Shown: in pieces, positions 11,005 through 23,651 of the stretch
How the letters are laid out: every line of letters begins with the position of its first letter
How positions within the stretch are numbered: the stretch's first letter is position 1
Assembly (NCBI GenBank): GCA_030141605.1
Contig: JAQGDQ010001596.1
Location: 1 to 33,109, forward strand
From: Tubiluchus corallicola
Lineage: Eukaryota; Animalia; Priapulida
Reading direction: 5' to 3'
DNA length: 33,109 nucleotides
The notes under the pieces: model-generated
What the model saw: only the letters and a program-made list of their open reading frames with translations
Told to the model about the DNA's origin: nothing
The model's database searches: none
Made by a program: the position numbers and the translations under genes

Positions 11005-11546
11005 AAAATTAAAGCAAAACCGGACCCAATCTTAAACTGCAGGCCAAAACAATCTACTCTTTAAAATATTGAAAGGAAACATGCTATTTTTTCAAAAAAG
11101 ACTTACGTGAACGAATTATTACCACACAAACACAATTTCAAGTTCACGCCACTAGTTCTTTGTTGATACATGCATTTCGAAATTCGCTAGTTAGACAAGC
11201 ACTAGTCCCTGCATTTCTAAAACACGCTGCACAAAAAACAGGTGCTGTACCTCTCAGTTCGGTTGTACTAGTTTGTGACAAACTGCACACGTTCGGCAGC
11301 TCATGCGTGAGCACAGCGGTAAATATAAAAGTTGAATTTTGATTTTAAAACTTGCCTAGTTTTACTACAACACACTGAATATCTTACAGTAGTACTTCAG
11401 TTTCGCCAACACGTGCTACACGATAATGGAATACTTTTGCTGTTGAAAATCATGTTAGTTTGTGATGTCATCAACAGTTAGGCTCGTCTGCAATTAATTA
11501 AGTTTTTAATCTATTATTTAAGTATCAGAAACACTTTTGCAGTATT
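11005..11546 (+). repeat. Dispersed repeat family X, uninterrupted copy (may extend further 5')
   Basis: Homologous to 1-114 and, inverted, to 4962-5940. Confidence 0.75.
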
Positions 11547-11817
11547 AGTCGTGTTAAAATGTATTCTTTTTATCGTACCTGAGAATGGGGCAGTACGTGA
11601 AAAATCATCCTGTTTTTCTTCAAAGAACCAGGGAGATAGAATTCCACCCTGTCTGACTTGCGAATAATAACATTTGCTCTCGTATCATCATTATAAGGAC
11701 CGTTTGCTGAGATCAAGATATTTCTCGGAGTCTGCAGGCATTAATATGTAACTTACTTATGTTTCCATTCATTCTTCAAGCATCTATAAACATGTTTGTT
11801 TTTTTATTTTTTCTAAG

Positions 11818-11946
11818 ACATTGACGAATGCGATGAGACTGACGGATTATGTGACGAAGGCACCGCAGCTTGTGAAAACACAGAAGGAAGTTTCGTCTGC
11901 GAATGCAACGAAGGATTTTCACGTGTAAATTCTACAGCCTGCGAGG
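11818..11946 (+). CDS. Exon 4, cbEGF type B: DIDECDETDGLCDEGTAACENTEGSFVCECNEGFSRVNSTACE
   Basis: ttctaag / gtaact, 129 nt; translated by hand. Confidence 0.95.
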
Positions 11947-12186
11947 GTAACTATAACTTTTCTGTACCTTTACATGGTTATGGGAAATTCCGGTACTGCT
12001 GTGTGGATCTTTTTGTTTTCATTTAATTTAGTTTACATTTATTCTTTATTTTGAGCTGGTAGATATTGTCAACAGTGTATTTTTATACGTTTAGAAGTTA
12101 TAAGTTTATTTGTTTCCACTCTGCAGCTAACAATTATAATAAAAATACAGATAATTTCACCGAAGTAGATATAAATATAAATGCAG

Positions 12187-12281
12187 TATTATCCAGAAAT
12201 TACAAAATGCAGCATATAGATTATTATTCTGTAATGTAATTTGCACATGTATATGCTGCATTTTGTAATTTCTGGATAATA
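12187..12281. repeat. Perfect 32-bp inverted repeat with a 31-nt loop
   Basis: 12187-12218 is the exact reverse complement of 12250-12281. Confidence 0.95.
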
Positions 12282-12413
12282 TAAATAACATACATTAACA
12301 TGTTGATGATACATTAACATGTTGATTCTAATAGACTAATAAGACAATTTCGGCATGAAATGTCACTTATTAAACTGAATTAGTAGGTCAACCAATACAC
12401 CAATATAAACTTG

Positions 12414-13795
12414 TAATAAGCCTTTTCACAGTTCCAACAATTGATGATGATCGCAGAAAGGTCAAAGGTCAAGTGTACCAGACAACGCATTTGTGTACAT
12501 TTGACAACGCCTCGCAGCCCATGCTGTTGTAATAGCAATTAAGAAAATGGACAAATACTAGCTATAGAACTTTACCTAGTTCATTTTTTCTTCTTCCCGA
12601 GCAAGATCCTGCTAGTAAATCACTCTACGCGTAGATTAATGTATAATTAAATAAAGTCCACATAAAATAACTGAAGTTACTGAATTGATGTGGAAGACAG
12701 CTTTGTTTTACCCGCATGTCACGTAATGGTTATACAGTAGGCGCCACTTAATAGACCCACTTTGGGAGACCACTTAATAGACCCACTTAATAGACTCACG
12801 TCTTTTGACCCAATTAACCGACTGAACCTGTTAACTGATGGGTGTAGTATTACAGGTATAGAAGTATCAGTCATCAGCTTACTACGCACTGCAAAGGCTT
12901 TAATGAATTTTAGAAAAGAAATAATGCCTAAATTCCTTTGTGCAGTTAAAAATTAGAAAAAAGATTTTAAAATATTAATTTATATAAGTGAATTAGCAAT
13001 AAATTAAAAAGTATACTTTTCTAAATCACAGACTTTTCTAAGTCTGTTTATTTGCAAAAATTCTTTCAAAGTTGACTGCTTCATTTTCTCGCAAAGAAGT
13101 TGGCCCACAAAGTTCTCGTAATTATAAAAACTTTGAAAACTCTGTTGTTGTGCGTGACTAAAACAGTTCTGAATCGTCTATTCACTTACATTGCCCTTAT
13201 TTGCTATATGACGTTTACTCTTGTAAATCACAAGAAATACCGGCTGATTACTGTACCTGCATCTTTGACTGTTAACTCATTAAGCCTGAAGGCGTGACTT
13301 GCAATGAGAGTGTCAAAAGGAAGTGACTAGGCAAGTGATTAAATGTTCAGCTTCCACAAATTCTTTGGGTAACAGTGGGCCAGCGAGTAACAGATACAAA
13401 GCAAAACCGCTACTCTAGTGTGTTAGCGCATGATAAACGTACCTGCTTAAAAACAAAACCGTAATTAACATGATTGTTTCTGCATGCATAATGCACAAAA
13501 GGGAAGTAAAGATGACATACAAGTAGGAAAGGCTCTTTTGGCGCATACAAATATTTTATTTTAAGTAGGTGAAGGAAAAATATTGAGTCAATTAGGCAGA
13601 GTTATTCGAGTCAATTACCGATGGTTTTTATGTATATTTGAATAGAGGCAGCCGTTCCAGGCATTTTTGAGTCTATTAACCGTGAGTCTATTAAGCGGCA
13701 GCTACTGTAGTTAAGATGCGTTGCTGTGGTACACTTAACCTTTGCCCTACAGCAACTGTGTGACTATGCACAACGAAACTGTGAAAATGTTATTA
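12414..13795 (+). mobile_element. Family Y MITE hosting a nested family Z element
   Basis: taataagccttttcacagtt ... aactgtgaaaatgttatta termini; the two halves rejoin to match 3637-3964. Confidence 0.8.
12735..13707. mobile_element. Tigger/pogo-like non-autonomous DNA transposon (family Z)
   Basis: TA-cagtaggcgccacttaatagac ... gtctattaagcggcagctactg-TA; the other Y copies have a single TA at this site. Confidence 0.9.
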
Positions 13796-13850
13796 TAACA
13801 GACATGATGTGCCAATGCTGAAAGCACTATTAATTCATATTGATTTTCAG

Positions 13851-13970
13851 ACATTGATGAATGTGAGGAGACGCCGTGTGACACGAACGCATTCTGTTTC
13901 AACACTCATGGCAGCTACGTTTGTCAGTGCGTACCACCTTTCTACATCGGTGACGGATTAACATGCAGTG
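13851..13970 (+). CDS. Exon 5, cbEGF type C: DIDECEETPCDTNAFCFNTHGSYVCQCVPPFYIGDGLTCS
   Basis: ttttcag / gtaagc, 120 nt; translated by hand. Confidence 0.95.
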
Positions 13971-14167
13971 GTAAGCTCATGGACACAAAAATGTCATTTC
14001 TACTTTCGCAATAAGACATGTTGTCAATCAAACATTTATCAGTAAACACTTGTGTGCTTTGTTTTTCTCTCTGTGTGAATTATTATAGCAAAATTACTTG
14101 TCTTACTGTTATCTATGTCTGGTAGGTACGGGAAAGATATAATTGATGTTATTTTACCACAAAAAAG

Positions 14168-14950
14168 ATTATCACCGTCACCATTATCATCATCCAATGA
14201 ATCACACGTCCAGTGACATGATTCTGCTCACCTCCCTATGCCAGAACTCCCTGCTCGCCAATGCCCCAAGTGGATTTATTTCTAAGGATCAATGCTGAAG
14301 TGTTTAAGTCTTTCTGTGCAAAATCTAAATATGTTAACATTTGTCCTCCTGCAGGTTTTTCAGCTGGTTCTATGGCTTGTTGAAGAGCTATCTTCACTGG
14401 AATATCATCAGGTAGTCTAAGCATATGCCCAATCCATCTTAAACAGCGTCTTTTATTTTTCTTGTCCAAGGTTCTTCTTTTATTTTTTCATATAGATCGT
14501 TGTTGAAATTTTCTTTGGCCATCTGATACCCAAAATGTTTCTGTAATTTCGCCTTTGAAACACATCGATTTCAGCTTTATGATTTGCTTTTAATGTCCAG
14601 AGCTCAGAGTTAAACAGAAATACAGGTTCAACTAAGGCTGAGAATATTCTAATTTTTGTTTCTAAAGAAATCTTCCTATTCTCAAAAACTTTTGTGAGTT
14701 TTGAGTAAGCTGATAATGCCATTATCTTCCGTCTTGATATGTCGTCTTCTGTTGCCAGCAGACTACCGAGATACTTGCATCTTTGCTATGATTCATCACC
14801 GTGGCTCGTTATGTGAAACTCTTCAGTTTATTTTTGTTTATAACGAGATCCATTCTGTTCAGTTTCTCCTCTATTGAATTTTATAGTTCATCTACTTCTT
14901 CTATGTTTCTTGTAATCCATGTAAAGCACATCATCAGCATATTGCATAGG
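14168..14950 (-). mobile_element. Decayed 5'-truncated RTE-type LINE (RT C-terminal part)
   Basis: Minus-strand QYADD near 14940, KYLGSLLA near 14770, FNSELWTL, LRWIGHMLRLP; frameshifts; degenerate (GAT)n tail. Confidence 0.9.
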
Positions 14951-15091
14951 GATAATAGTTAACTTGTAAAATTGTTCCTTAATGAAAAGCATTGTGATTA
15001 AGTTTTGACGTAATAATCGTAATATATTTATGCTAGGAGTAGCCATTAACTATGTTGCATTAAAATTACACATTTTAACTGCTTAGGAATT

Positions 15092-15188
15092 TTTCAGCCC
15101 TTTGACTGGCAAAGCAAACTATCTTTCAGCCCTTTGATTGGCAAAGCAAACTATCTTTCAGCCCTTTGATTGGCAAAGCAAACTATCT
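15092..15188. repeat. 32-bp minisatellite, 3 copies
   Basis: tttcagccctttga at 15092, 15124, 15156. Confidence 0.95.
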
Positions 15189-15749
15189 ATTCTGTGTAGT
15201 GGTGGCTCATGTGCAGGTACTGTGGAACTGCAGCGCCGCCTATCTTCACTTGATATTATCGATAATATTCAGTATAATAAGTCTTTCTTCTTTAGTAATT
15301 TATACTTGCATGGAACCAGAGTATGTGTGGGTAGTACTGTTTGCTTCACAGCCCAGCACCTTGCGTTCCGCTCAACGCGGTGCTTGGCTGTTGTGCGCAT
15401 GCGGCCATCCGCGCATGTCTGAGCCCAGATAGAGAAAGTACTGTCTCTCACACAGTTTGTTGTAAAATGTCACATGCTTACTGTGTATGGATCAAGCTTG
15501 AACTGAGACAATTTAAGCTATTAGAAAACAAAAAATATTTTTTGTTTAAAATTACAATTACAAATTACAACATTAAAATTACACATGTTTGTTTCATCTT
15601 AGACAGTATTAAAACGATGGCTAAAAATTTTCTGAAGATTAACTATCTTATCATTTTTTGTAATAGATTTCAACTTTTTTACATTTTAATTGTATTTCTT
15701 CAAAAATTCAAAGCTTCAACAACTAAGCTGAGAAAAACTTTAAAATTCC

Positions 15750-16332
15750 CAATCATTGAAGCACACAAAGAATATTTTACTCTGCTTTTTATATTTAAAT
15801 ACATTAACAACATCAGCAAACCATTTCAGAATAACAGATTTACCTTTTTTTCCAAATCCTATTGTTAATTCCAGAACAAGCAATCTAAAACAAATTAGGA
15901 CAAATACCCACTATGGAACGAACTCTGTAATCAAGCAAGCAATTCTACTTTGGAATTCTCTACCATTACAGTTTAAACAAATCAAGTCCATATCAGCATT
16001 TAAAACAAAATTAAAATCACTAATATTAACCAGATATGAAATACCATCACACCAGTACGACAACATGCACACTAATTCAGAATTCATATACCCACGGCCA
16101 TATTAATTAAATCATAGTTTTTTTCATTTTTTGAGCATAGTTGTAAATATGTTTGATTTTATTCGTCGTTACTTTCCATTACTGCACAGTAGTTTAGAAT
16201 GCACTGACGCATTTGCCTTTAGCAGTGTAAGTTTTTATTAACTAACACTGATTGATCATCTCTGTAAAGTTTTTATCAGTGATTATAAATGTATTTTAAT
16301 GGCAAATAAAGATTATTATATATATATATATA
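15750..16332 (+). mobile_element. 3' end of a CR1/L2-group LINE
   Basis: THYGTNSVIKQAILLWNSLPLQFKQIKSISAFKTKLK is the typical ORF2 C-terminus; followed by UTR, AATAAA at 16305 and a simple-repeat tail. Confidence 0.8.
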
Positions 16333-16377
16333 TCTTTAAAATTACTTCAAATGCCTGTTCACTTTTTCGTGTTTAAG

Positions 16378-16503
16378 ATGTTGATGAGTGCGAAGAAAAC
16401 CGTCACGATTGTGGCGAGCGGACGACATGCCGCAACACTCCGGGTGGATACGTGTGCGACTGCATACCGGGATACATCCAGGATACACCGACCGAATGCA
16501 TCG
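16378..16503 (+). CDS. Exon 6, cbEGF type D: DVDECEENRHDCGERTTCRNTPGGYVCDCIPGYIQDTPTECI
   Basis: tttaag / gtatgt, 126 nt. Confidence 0.95.
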
Positions 16504-16555
16504 GTATGTCAACTTTTAGTTTTTTGCTCTTCACCTTTAGTAGAGGTCAGCTTAA

Positions 16556-17512
16556 ATTCTTCAGGACTGCGCCATTCAAAACAAATCTTATAAGACCTGT
16601 GACTTTTCTGCTACTGCATGAGTACAGACATAACTAACTGATTACAAATTAGGTGCTGTTCTATTCAAAAGAATCTTGGCTATGCAATCATGATATTTGC
16701 TTAAACATTTATAAGTGATTTAATTGGATAAAATTACGAAAAACAGGCCCTTTTTAGGCACTCCGACCTAGCCTATTGAGTAGTATAGTATGGTGTACAG
16801 TTACATGATCCTACACACTATTTTATTGATCGCCTGTTTGCTACAGCCCAAGCTGTTCAGTGTTCTGCTGCTATTCCAGGAAAAACCAATAGATCAGCCA
16901 ATGACAAATTAAGGTCGTTTCATCTTTTAACAAAAATTTCTCCTTAAAATAGACTAGACTTGAGTCCAAAGTGTATCAGAGCGTTGTGTCTGAATAGCTG
17001 AATTTTCTACATTAGCAGATTTCACACAAGTGATGCTGTACTTTGTTACAGTGCAAACACTTTCTCACCATCCTCCTGGTAGATTTTCATCTGTCAGCCG
17101 GCGAACACTTGATAACCAGTTGTGTTCGCCATGAGTTACTTGAGCAAAAAGTACTTCAGTGACTTGCTAGGTCTATCCTGAAGGATTTGGTCCACAGCTC
17201 CTTATTTGAATATTCGGAGCACCCTGGCTTGTGAGCCAGGGGTCCCCCATCCGCCACCCGGGGGATGCGCCCGGTAAGGGTTTACTCCCCCCTCCCCGAG
17301 AGTGCAAACACTGCAGGCTGAAAGCTTTTTTTCAATTTTTAATTTGTCTAAGGTCAGAAGATGCATTTCATATAATAAATTTGCATGAAAATCCATTGTG
17401 TGAGGAGTAGAAATGTATAAAAATGATCAAATGTAACGTAATTACTGTTTTGTAAGAGTCTTTTTTCGTGAATCCATGCAAAGTGTAGCAAACGCTTATG
17501 GTCCTGAAGGAG
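16556..17512 (-). mobile_element. Family V piggyBac-like non-autonomous element with both termini
   Basis: TTAA-attcttcaggac ... gtcctgaaggag-TTAC; inverted homologue of the 6179 and 24384 copies. Confidence 0.8.
17062..17300 (-). mobile_element. 239-bp GC-rich structured retroposed insert with a 12-bp TSD
   Basis: agtgcaaacact at 17050-17061 and 17301-17312; single copy (agtgtttgcact) at the empty site near 24593; strand inferred. Confidence 0.85.
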
Positions 17513-17610
17513 TTACACAAAAATTTTAGCATTTTTCCAACAAACTGAATGAATTCACTGGCATGTCTTACTGAACATTTTGGTCAAACTTAATTTCCTT
17601 TTGTTCTTAG

Positions 17611-17739
17611 ATGAGAATGAATGCGTGACCGGGAACAATATTTGTCATCCGGAGGCTGAGTGCAGCAACACCGTCGGCAGCTACACGTGTGAATGCAACC
17701 GCCGCGGATTCATAGGCGATGGCGTCGAACGTTGTAGAG
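17611..17739 (+). CDS. Exon 7, cbEGF type A: DENECVTGNNICHPEAECSNTVGSYTCECNRRGFIGDGVERCR
   Basis: ttcttag / gtgaat, 129 nt. Confidence 0.95.
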
Positions 17740-17795
17740 GTGAATTTACTCATTTCATTTGTTTTTCCGTCATTTTTCCACTTAATGTTTTGTAG

Positions 17796-18388
17796 TTATC
17801 ATCATCATCATCATCACCACCACACGTCCTCTGACTTTACTCCATGCTGTCCGGTCACCCTCAACCTCCCATGTCTCTGTATTTTTCATATCTAATGGTG
17901 AGTTGATAAGATCTTTTTGGATGAAATTGATGTAAGTCAGCAGCTGTCCTCCTTGTGGTTTCACTTCTTTCTGCACTGCTTTTTTGAAAGCTAATTTTAA
18001 TGAACTGTCATCTGGTGGTCGTATAACATGCCCCATCCATCTTAATCATCTCTCTTTGATTTTAATTGTGTGTCCATTCCTCTGCCTTGACTTTATTATA
18101 CAGATCCTGGTTTGATATTGTCTTTTGCCATTTTAATCCTAGAATCTTCCTGTAGTTTCTTCTTTGAAATGCATCAATTTCTGATTTGTGTTTTGATTGT
18201 CCACAATTCTGAGTTATAGAGAAACAGTTTCCACAAGTGCAGCAGAGATTCTTAATTTTGTATCTGGACTGATCCTCTTAGTTTCAAATTTTTTTGTAAA
18301 TTTGGAATATGCATTTAGTGCTAAGATTTTTCCTCTTGTTGTATCTTCATCTGTTGCTAGGAGACTGCCCAAGTATACTTACATTTCC
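17796..18388 (-). mobile_element. Decayed RTE-type LINE 3' end, related to 14168-14950
   Basis: LGSLLATDED, WMGHVIRPPDD...GGQLLTY, (GAT)n tail; fills most of intron 7. Confidence 0.88.
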
Positions 18389-18458
18389 TCCACGCATCAT
18401 TTGCAGTTACAGCTGCTTTTGAACGCTTGCGCTTTAACAAAGAAACGATGAATTTCAG

Positions 18459-18590
18459 ATTCAAATGAGTGCGCACTGGAATCCGACACGTGCGATCGTT
18501 CGTCCACGGAATGTGTGAACACAGTTGGCAGTTACCGTTGCAGTTGTAGTGAAGGATATCGTCGTAGCGGCAGCGAGACCAGCTGTAGCG
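18459..18590 (+). CDS. Exon 8, cbEGF type B: DSNECALESDTCDRSSTECVNTVGSYRCSCSEGYRRSGSETSCS
   Basis: tttcag / gtgagc, 132 nt; translated by hand. Confidence 0.93.
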
Positions 18591-18953
18591 GTGAGCCGTT
18601 TTTCTAATCTTCTCTAGTTTGATGCTAAACTGTGTTTTGCAGTGAGATTTTGAGATGGAATTTAACAGCGTTTGCTCTCCTACCATACAACAGTGTTAGT
18701 AGCATCTGTGATGCCATCTATGCAAAACATTGATAAGTTATCTAGATTAAAACAGTTATTAGGATTGGGAGTATAGTTTATACATAGAGTTGGTTAGAAT
18801 GTCGTAGTTTTTAAACTTTTGTAGCTTAACTGTTGTGAAAGAATGAAATTACGTATATGTGGTTCAGGTGCCTTACCTGTATCTATTAATGAAGCTTCAC
18901 TGATGGAAACAAAAAATGTTATTACAGGAACTAAGAGATCACTTTGATATTCA

Positions 18954-19613
18954 TGTGCTTGCAAATTAAAATCATCCATAAGTTGGCATACTTGAAACTA
19001 CATTTTGATGCTTCAAGCTAGAATGACTGAAAAAAATTTGGTCAAATGTCAGTTTTTTATTGTTTTTAAAAACAAATGCTAAATATATTGGTCTTTTATA
19101 TTCTAGCATCGAGTTATGAAGAAAATGTTCAGAAAATACTAAAAATCTAATTTTGTAACTCCTTACCCAATTTTTTGGCTAGAAAGTAGTACTGCAATTG
19201 TAAAAAACTCCTATTTTTAAACTTCGGTAGTAGCTCGTGCAAGCAGCCATTTTGCTTCAGGTTTTTTCCGTTGACAAGCCCTGATCTTCATCAAGAAGAG
19301 CCATGTACTGGATTTAAACATAACTGCAACGTGTTCTTGTAAAGTCCATAACAACCAACATTTGTGCGGTTGCTAAGTGTTTTGTAGAAACGTGACAAAA
19401 ACAATGACTAACTTTAACGGAGATTTTCTCTAGGTAATATTTTTCAGTGTGCAGCCTGCACCTCAACTTCATTGTGGATTATCTCAGCTTAGAAATAACA
19501 TAGAGCGATGAACTTGGTATCAAAATTATCCTCATGAAATGGAGATTCAGGATATGTGAATAACTAGAAAAGCTTAACTGCCAACTTATGGACGATTTTG
19601 TTGTGCAAGCACA
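18954..19613 (-). mobile_element. Family U element, inverted full copy
   Basis: Reverse complement of 9113-9741, both TIRs present. Confidence 0.85.
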
Positions 19614-19975
19614 CATATTGTGAATATTGTTTCAAACATGTTTGTGCATTGGTTTGATTAGAATATCACAATCAAACAAGTAAATACTGCAATTTCGAAA
19701 ACACAAATCACTACACGAGCTTGTAATTTCCGGACTACTTTTGAGTAAAACTTTCTAAAAGTTTTTTCAGCGTTTTAGCATTGGACAGTGAAACTTATTC
19801 TCTCCGCTATGGTTGATTATCGATACTTTCTTTTTGTATTTAACCCTATCTTTTTCTTTATTCTGCATCTTCTTTTTCTTCTTTTTGACACTTTTTCCGA
19901 ACGTCTTGCTATAATATGTAATATGCATAACAATTTGCAAGTGGAAAATTCAAATTTTGACAAATTTATTTGTAG

Positions 19976-20104
19976 ACATTGACGAGTGTGAAGCCGGCAT
20001 GGATGATTGCCACGAAGGAAGAAGCTTTTGCTTCAATCAACCGGGAAGCTTCGTTTGTCGTTGCATCATTCCATATTGGACCGGAAACGGCACTCACTGC
20101 ATCG
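19976..20104 (+). CDS. Exon 9, cbEGF type C: DIDECEAGMDDCHEGRSFCFNQPGSFVCRCIIPYWTGNGTHCI
   Basis: tttgtag / gtaatg, 129 nt. Confidence 0.95.
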
Positions 20105-20231
20105 GTAATGTACTCCATTTTTCGAGTTTAAAAATGGTAAAGCATTAGGGCAGGGAAGTGACCTAGTGGTCATAAAGTACGCTTGACTGTAAAAATTAAG
20201 TAGTGGTAGGACTATTTAATCTGTTTATTAC

Positions 20232-20589
<358 letters not shown>

Positions 20590-21578
20590 GGATGTGCCCA
20601 GTCCCTGCAAAGAAACGGCAAAAATCAGTATTGAACTGCGCGATAGACCTGCAATTTATTAAAATAACAGATCACAAAAAGTGCCTAAGAACGTGCTAAA
20701 GGTTATTACTATTTAGACAAAAGAAAAAATTAAATTTAAGAAGACTGAAACGCAAATTATTTCTTTATGATTCTAGACATTTGAAGCAATTCTGACCAAT
20801 TTAACTATTAACTAATTATTAAAGTAGATGGTGACTTACATTTACTGGTGACAACTTTGGCTTGAAGATATAACTAGTGACTGTTAAATTGTAACAAAAT
20901 AGACAAAGCAATGCAAGTATCACCAAACGGCATGATCAGCATAGCGGCAACAGAAAATGTAACTACGTGTAAAAACAAGTGTGATTGATATGTGGCGTAT
21001 ACTACTAAAGCTTAGGTCACATGACTAAGGCTGGCTTCGTTTTAAACAGTTTAAGGAAATGCATGTTTGTAAAAATGCGAAAAGAAAACAAATAATGATA
21101 GAATGCTAGATTAAATTGCTTGACACCAACAATTATTATTATTATTATATTTAATTGATTATAATTGATTTGGGCTTTCATTTTCAATCATCGATTACTT
21201 TTTTAGCTGCCCGATGCACATGAATTGCACTATCAATGTCTCTTACATTTACTTTTCGAAAACCCACAAAAATCACATAATAAGTCAAGCAATATGGTGC
21301 TACCTTTGGCTAGTAACTCACTGCTATGGCAACGCTGCTTAGATCCGAAGGTTTCTCATAACTACAAGCACGTCGTTTTTGTAGATCACGCAAACAATGA
21401 CAACAATTTTGTTGTTACAATTTTTGTAAACGCCATACTAACGTTTAAAACATATTCTTTACTTTATACTTTGTACTTTTTCTACCAACAACTTGGTAAA
21501 AATTTCAAAATTACCGATTTTTTTCATGCTGATCAATTACTAATTAATTCTAATCGATTACTGAATCACCTTCCTATA

Positions 21579-22147
21579 CAGTGTTCCCTCGCTACTTCGT
21601 GTTTCGTTTATTGCGGACTCGCTATTTTGCGGGTTTTCAAAAATATTAATGTAAAATATTTATTGCGGTATTTTCGCTGTTTCGCGGGTTTACTCCGTCT
21701 AAAGTATTTTTGCGCTTGCGTAGTACGTATTGTACAGTAATGTATAGATTTGATGAATTTTGCATAAAAAATCACAAAATGTATAAAAATATATTAAAAA
21801 TATTAATTCTAACATTAAAAGAACATTATAAATAATAAAAAATTACCATTTACAGTAAATAGTGTATTTATTCGGCGGATGAATACACCAAAAACTAAAT
21901 GTAGTACTTGCGCCCGCTTGAGATGCTACTTGCCGACTTGAGATTGTACACAATTATGAACATTTAAGTAAAGTTTTTTAAAAGGTACATGTACAGTATG
22001 GGAAAAGTTATTAAGGGAATGGGAAAGTGTTATGTATAAGAGTGTGAGGAGGGTTTATAAAGATTTAAAATAATGTATAACTACTAAAATAAGTATAGCA
22101 TCCCTACTTCGTGGAACGGAACATCTGCGATAAGTGAGGGAACACTG
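21579..22147. mobile_element. Tigger/pogo-like MITE (family T)
   Basis: TA-cagtgttccctcgct ... agtgagggaacactg-TA; second copy at 30522. Confidence 0.92.
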
Positions 22148-22402
22148 TACGACTAATGGATTACGAAAATGAAACCGATTGTCTCACCTCTAATATTAAG
22201 CAATATCGAACCTGATTGGTGAATGGGTGGGTGACCAGTCTCATTTTTCTATAAAATTGTGTTTTATTATATTATATATGATGCTTATTTTTAGGTATTT
22301 TTATCATGATTGTAAATTATAAGAATCACTTTAGTCCTCAACAATTGCACAAGTAAACACTTGTAATCCACTGCAGTCAAAGCTTCCGGTCATTTATTTT
22401 AA

Positions 22403-22938
22403 AGGAAAGGACGTGTCACTTCACACGTTGTGTTTATTTTACTGTTATCTTTTAAAATTAGTAAAATATAACAAAGAAATTTGCAAAAAAACGCTTTAAG
22501 CATCAAGTTAAATATTATCGCCGCTGTGTAGAAATGTTCAAGCGCCGCGGTATCGCCGTTCACTTGAAATTTGTGACGTAACTGGTGGACATTGTGACTT
22601 TTCGTAAGCAAGTGTTGCCTAACTAACTCAAATTTCTGCTGCTTACCTAATGTTCTTGCAAAAATATGGCATTTTCGAGTATCAAGTCTTTTGTAAAAAC
22701 TTATTATGCGTTTGACAAAAATTGACAGTGCGCTAACTTTTCTTCAGCCGACGAATGACATCATTGGTGGAAGGACGAGGTTTTCAAAATGGCAGCTCCC
22801 AAGCGTGAAGTGATCGCGATTTTAAATTTATTTTACTAATTACACGAAGCTCTTATCACACTTTTATTACTAAATCTTTCTAACATTTTTCGTAGACATT
22901 GAAATAACCCTAACTTTCCAGAAAGCTTGACCTTTCCT
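22403..22938. mobile_element. Kolobok-like non-autonomous element
   Basis: TTAA-aggaaagg ... cctttcct-TTAA (RR...YY termini with TTAA TSD); single copy here. Confidence 0.7.
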
Positions 22939-22993
22939 TTAATATTCTCACCTTACCCGATGTGGTGCTATTGACACTTTTTCTTTTCTTAAG

Positions 22994-23209
22994 ATGTCAA
23001 CGAGTGCGAGCAAGATCCGCCTCCGTGCAAATCCACAGAGGTTTGCAACAACTTGGTGGATCGCATTCCCGGATACGAGTGCGCGGATCGCAACGAATGC
23101 TTGGACAATCCGTGCCACGAGAATGCGGAGTGTCGTAACATCGTGGACGGTTACTTATGCGAATGTGACCGTAGAGGTTACGAAGGTGATGGCTTTGATT
23201 CTTGCAACG
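22994..23209 (+). CDS. Exon 10, 4-Cys module DVNECEQDPPPCKSTEVCNNLVDRIPGYECA plus cbEGF type A DRNECLDNPCHENAECRNIVDGYLCECDRRGYEGDGFDSCN
   Basis: ttcttaag / gtgaga, 216 nt. Confidence 0.93.
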
Positions 23210-23651
23210 GTGAGACCTTATGTTGTACTCAGGCAAAGATTCGTAGCTTACAAAGTTTTGTCGGAACATGCAGCAATTTTGTTAAAAAATTATACAAACT
23301 AGCTAATGAACTGTACCTAAGTGATAAAATATCTTCTAATTATGCTTTTCAAATACTATTTATGTATTTATTTTAGTTTAAATTTTTTGCTGTGTTTATA
23401 AGTTTTGTTTACGTAAAACTTTGCACATATGGTTTTGGCCGTATCAACGGTTTGTGTGGTTTGAAGAAATACCTCTAGTACTCAACTCTGCCTAATTTTT
23501 TAAATATATTCAACGACATTCGAAAATTTTATTATGATTGCAATTCTAATTAAACTGTGTTTGGTCTGTTAGCGCTAAAATAAAACAGTAACTTTATGAT
23601 AAAATTGAGGAATGAGACTATAAGTGTACTTGGATAGCAAAATCGACCAAA

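Noticed and set aside
15138-15868. Cluster of overlapping short ORFs, and similar ones at 21225-21740 and 30551-31102
   Set aside because: They have no recognisable domains or splice context, and are AT-rich chance frames overlapping repeats.
21150-22192. Possible hAT-like element end (aatcgatta repeats, terminal cacctcta) around the family T MITE
   Set aside because: No matching left terminus or 8-bp TSD could be found.
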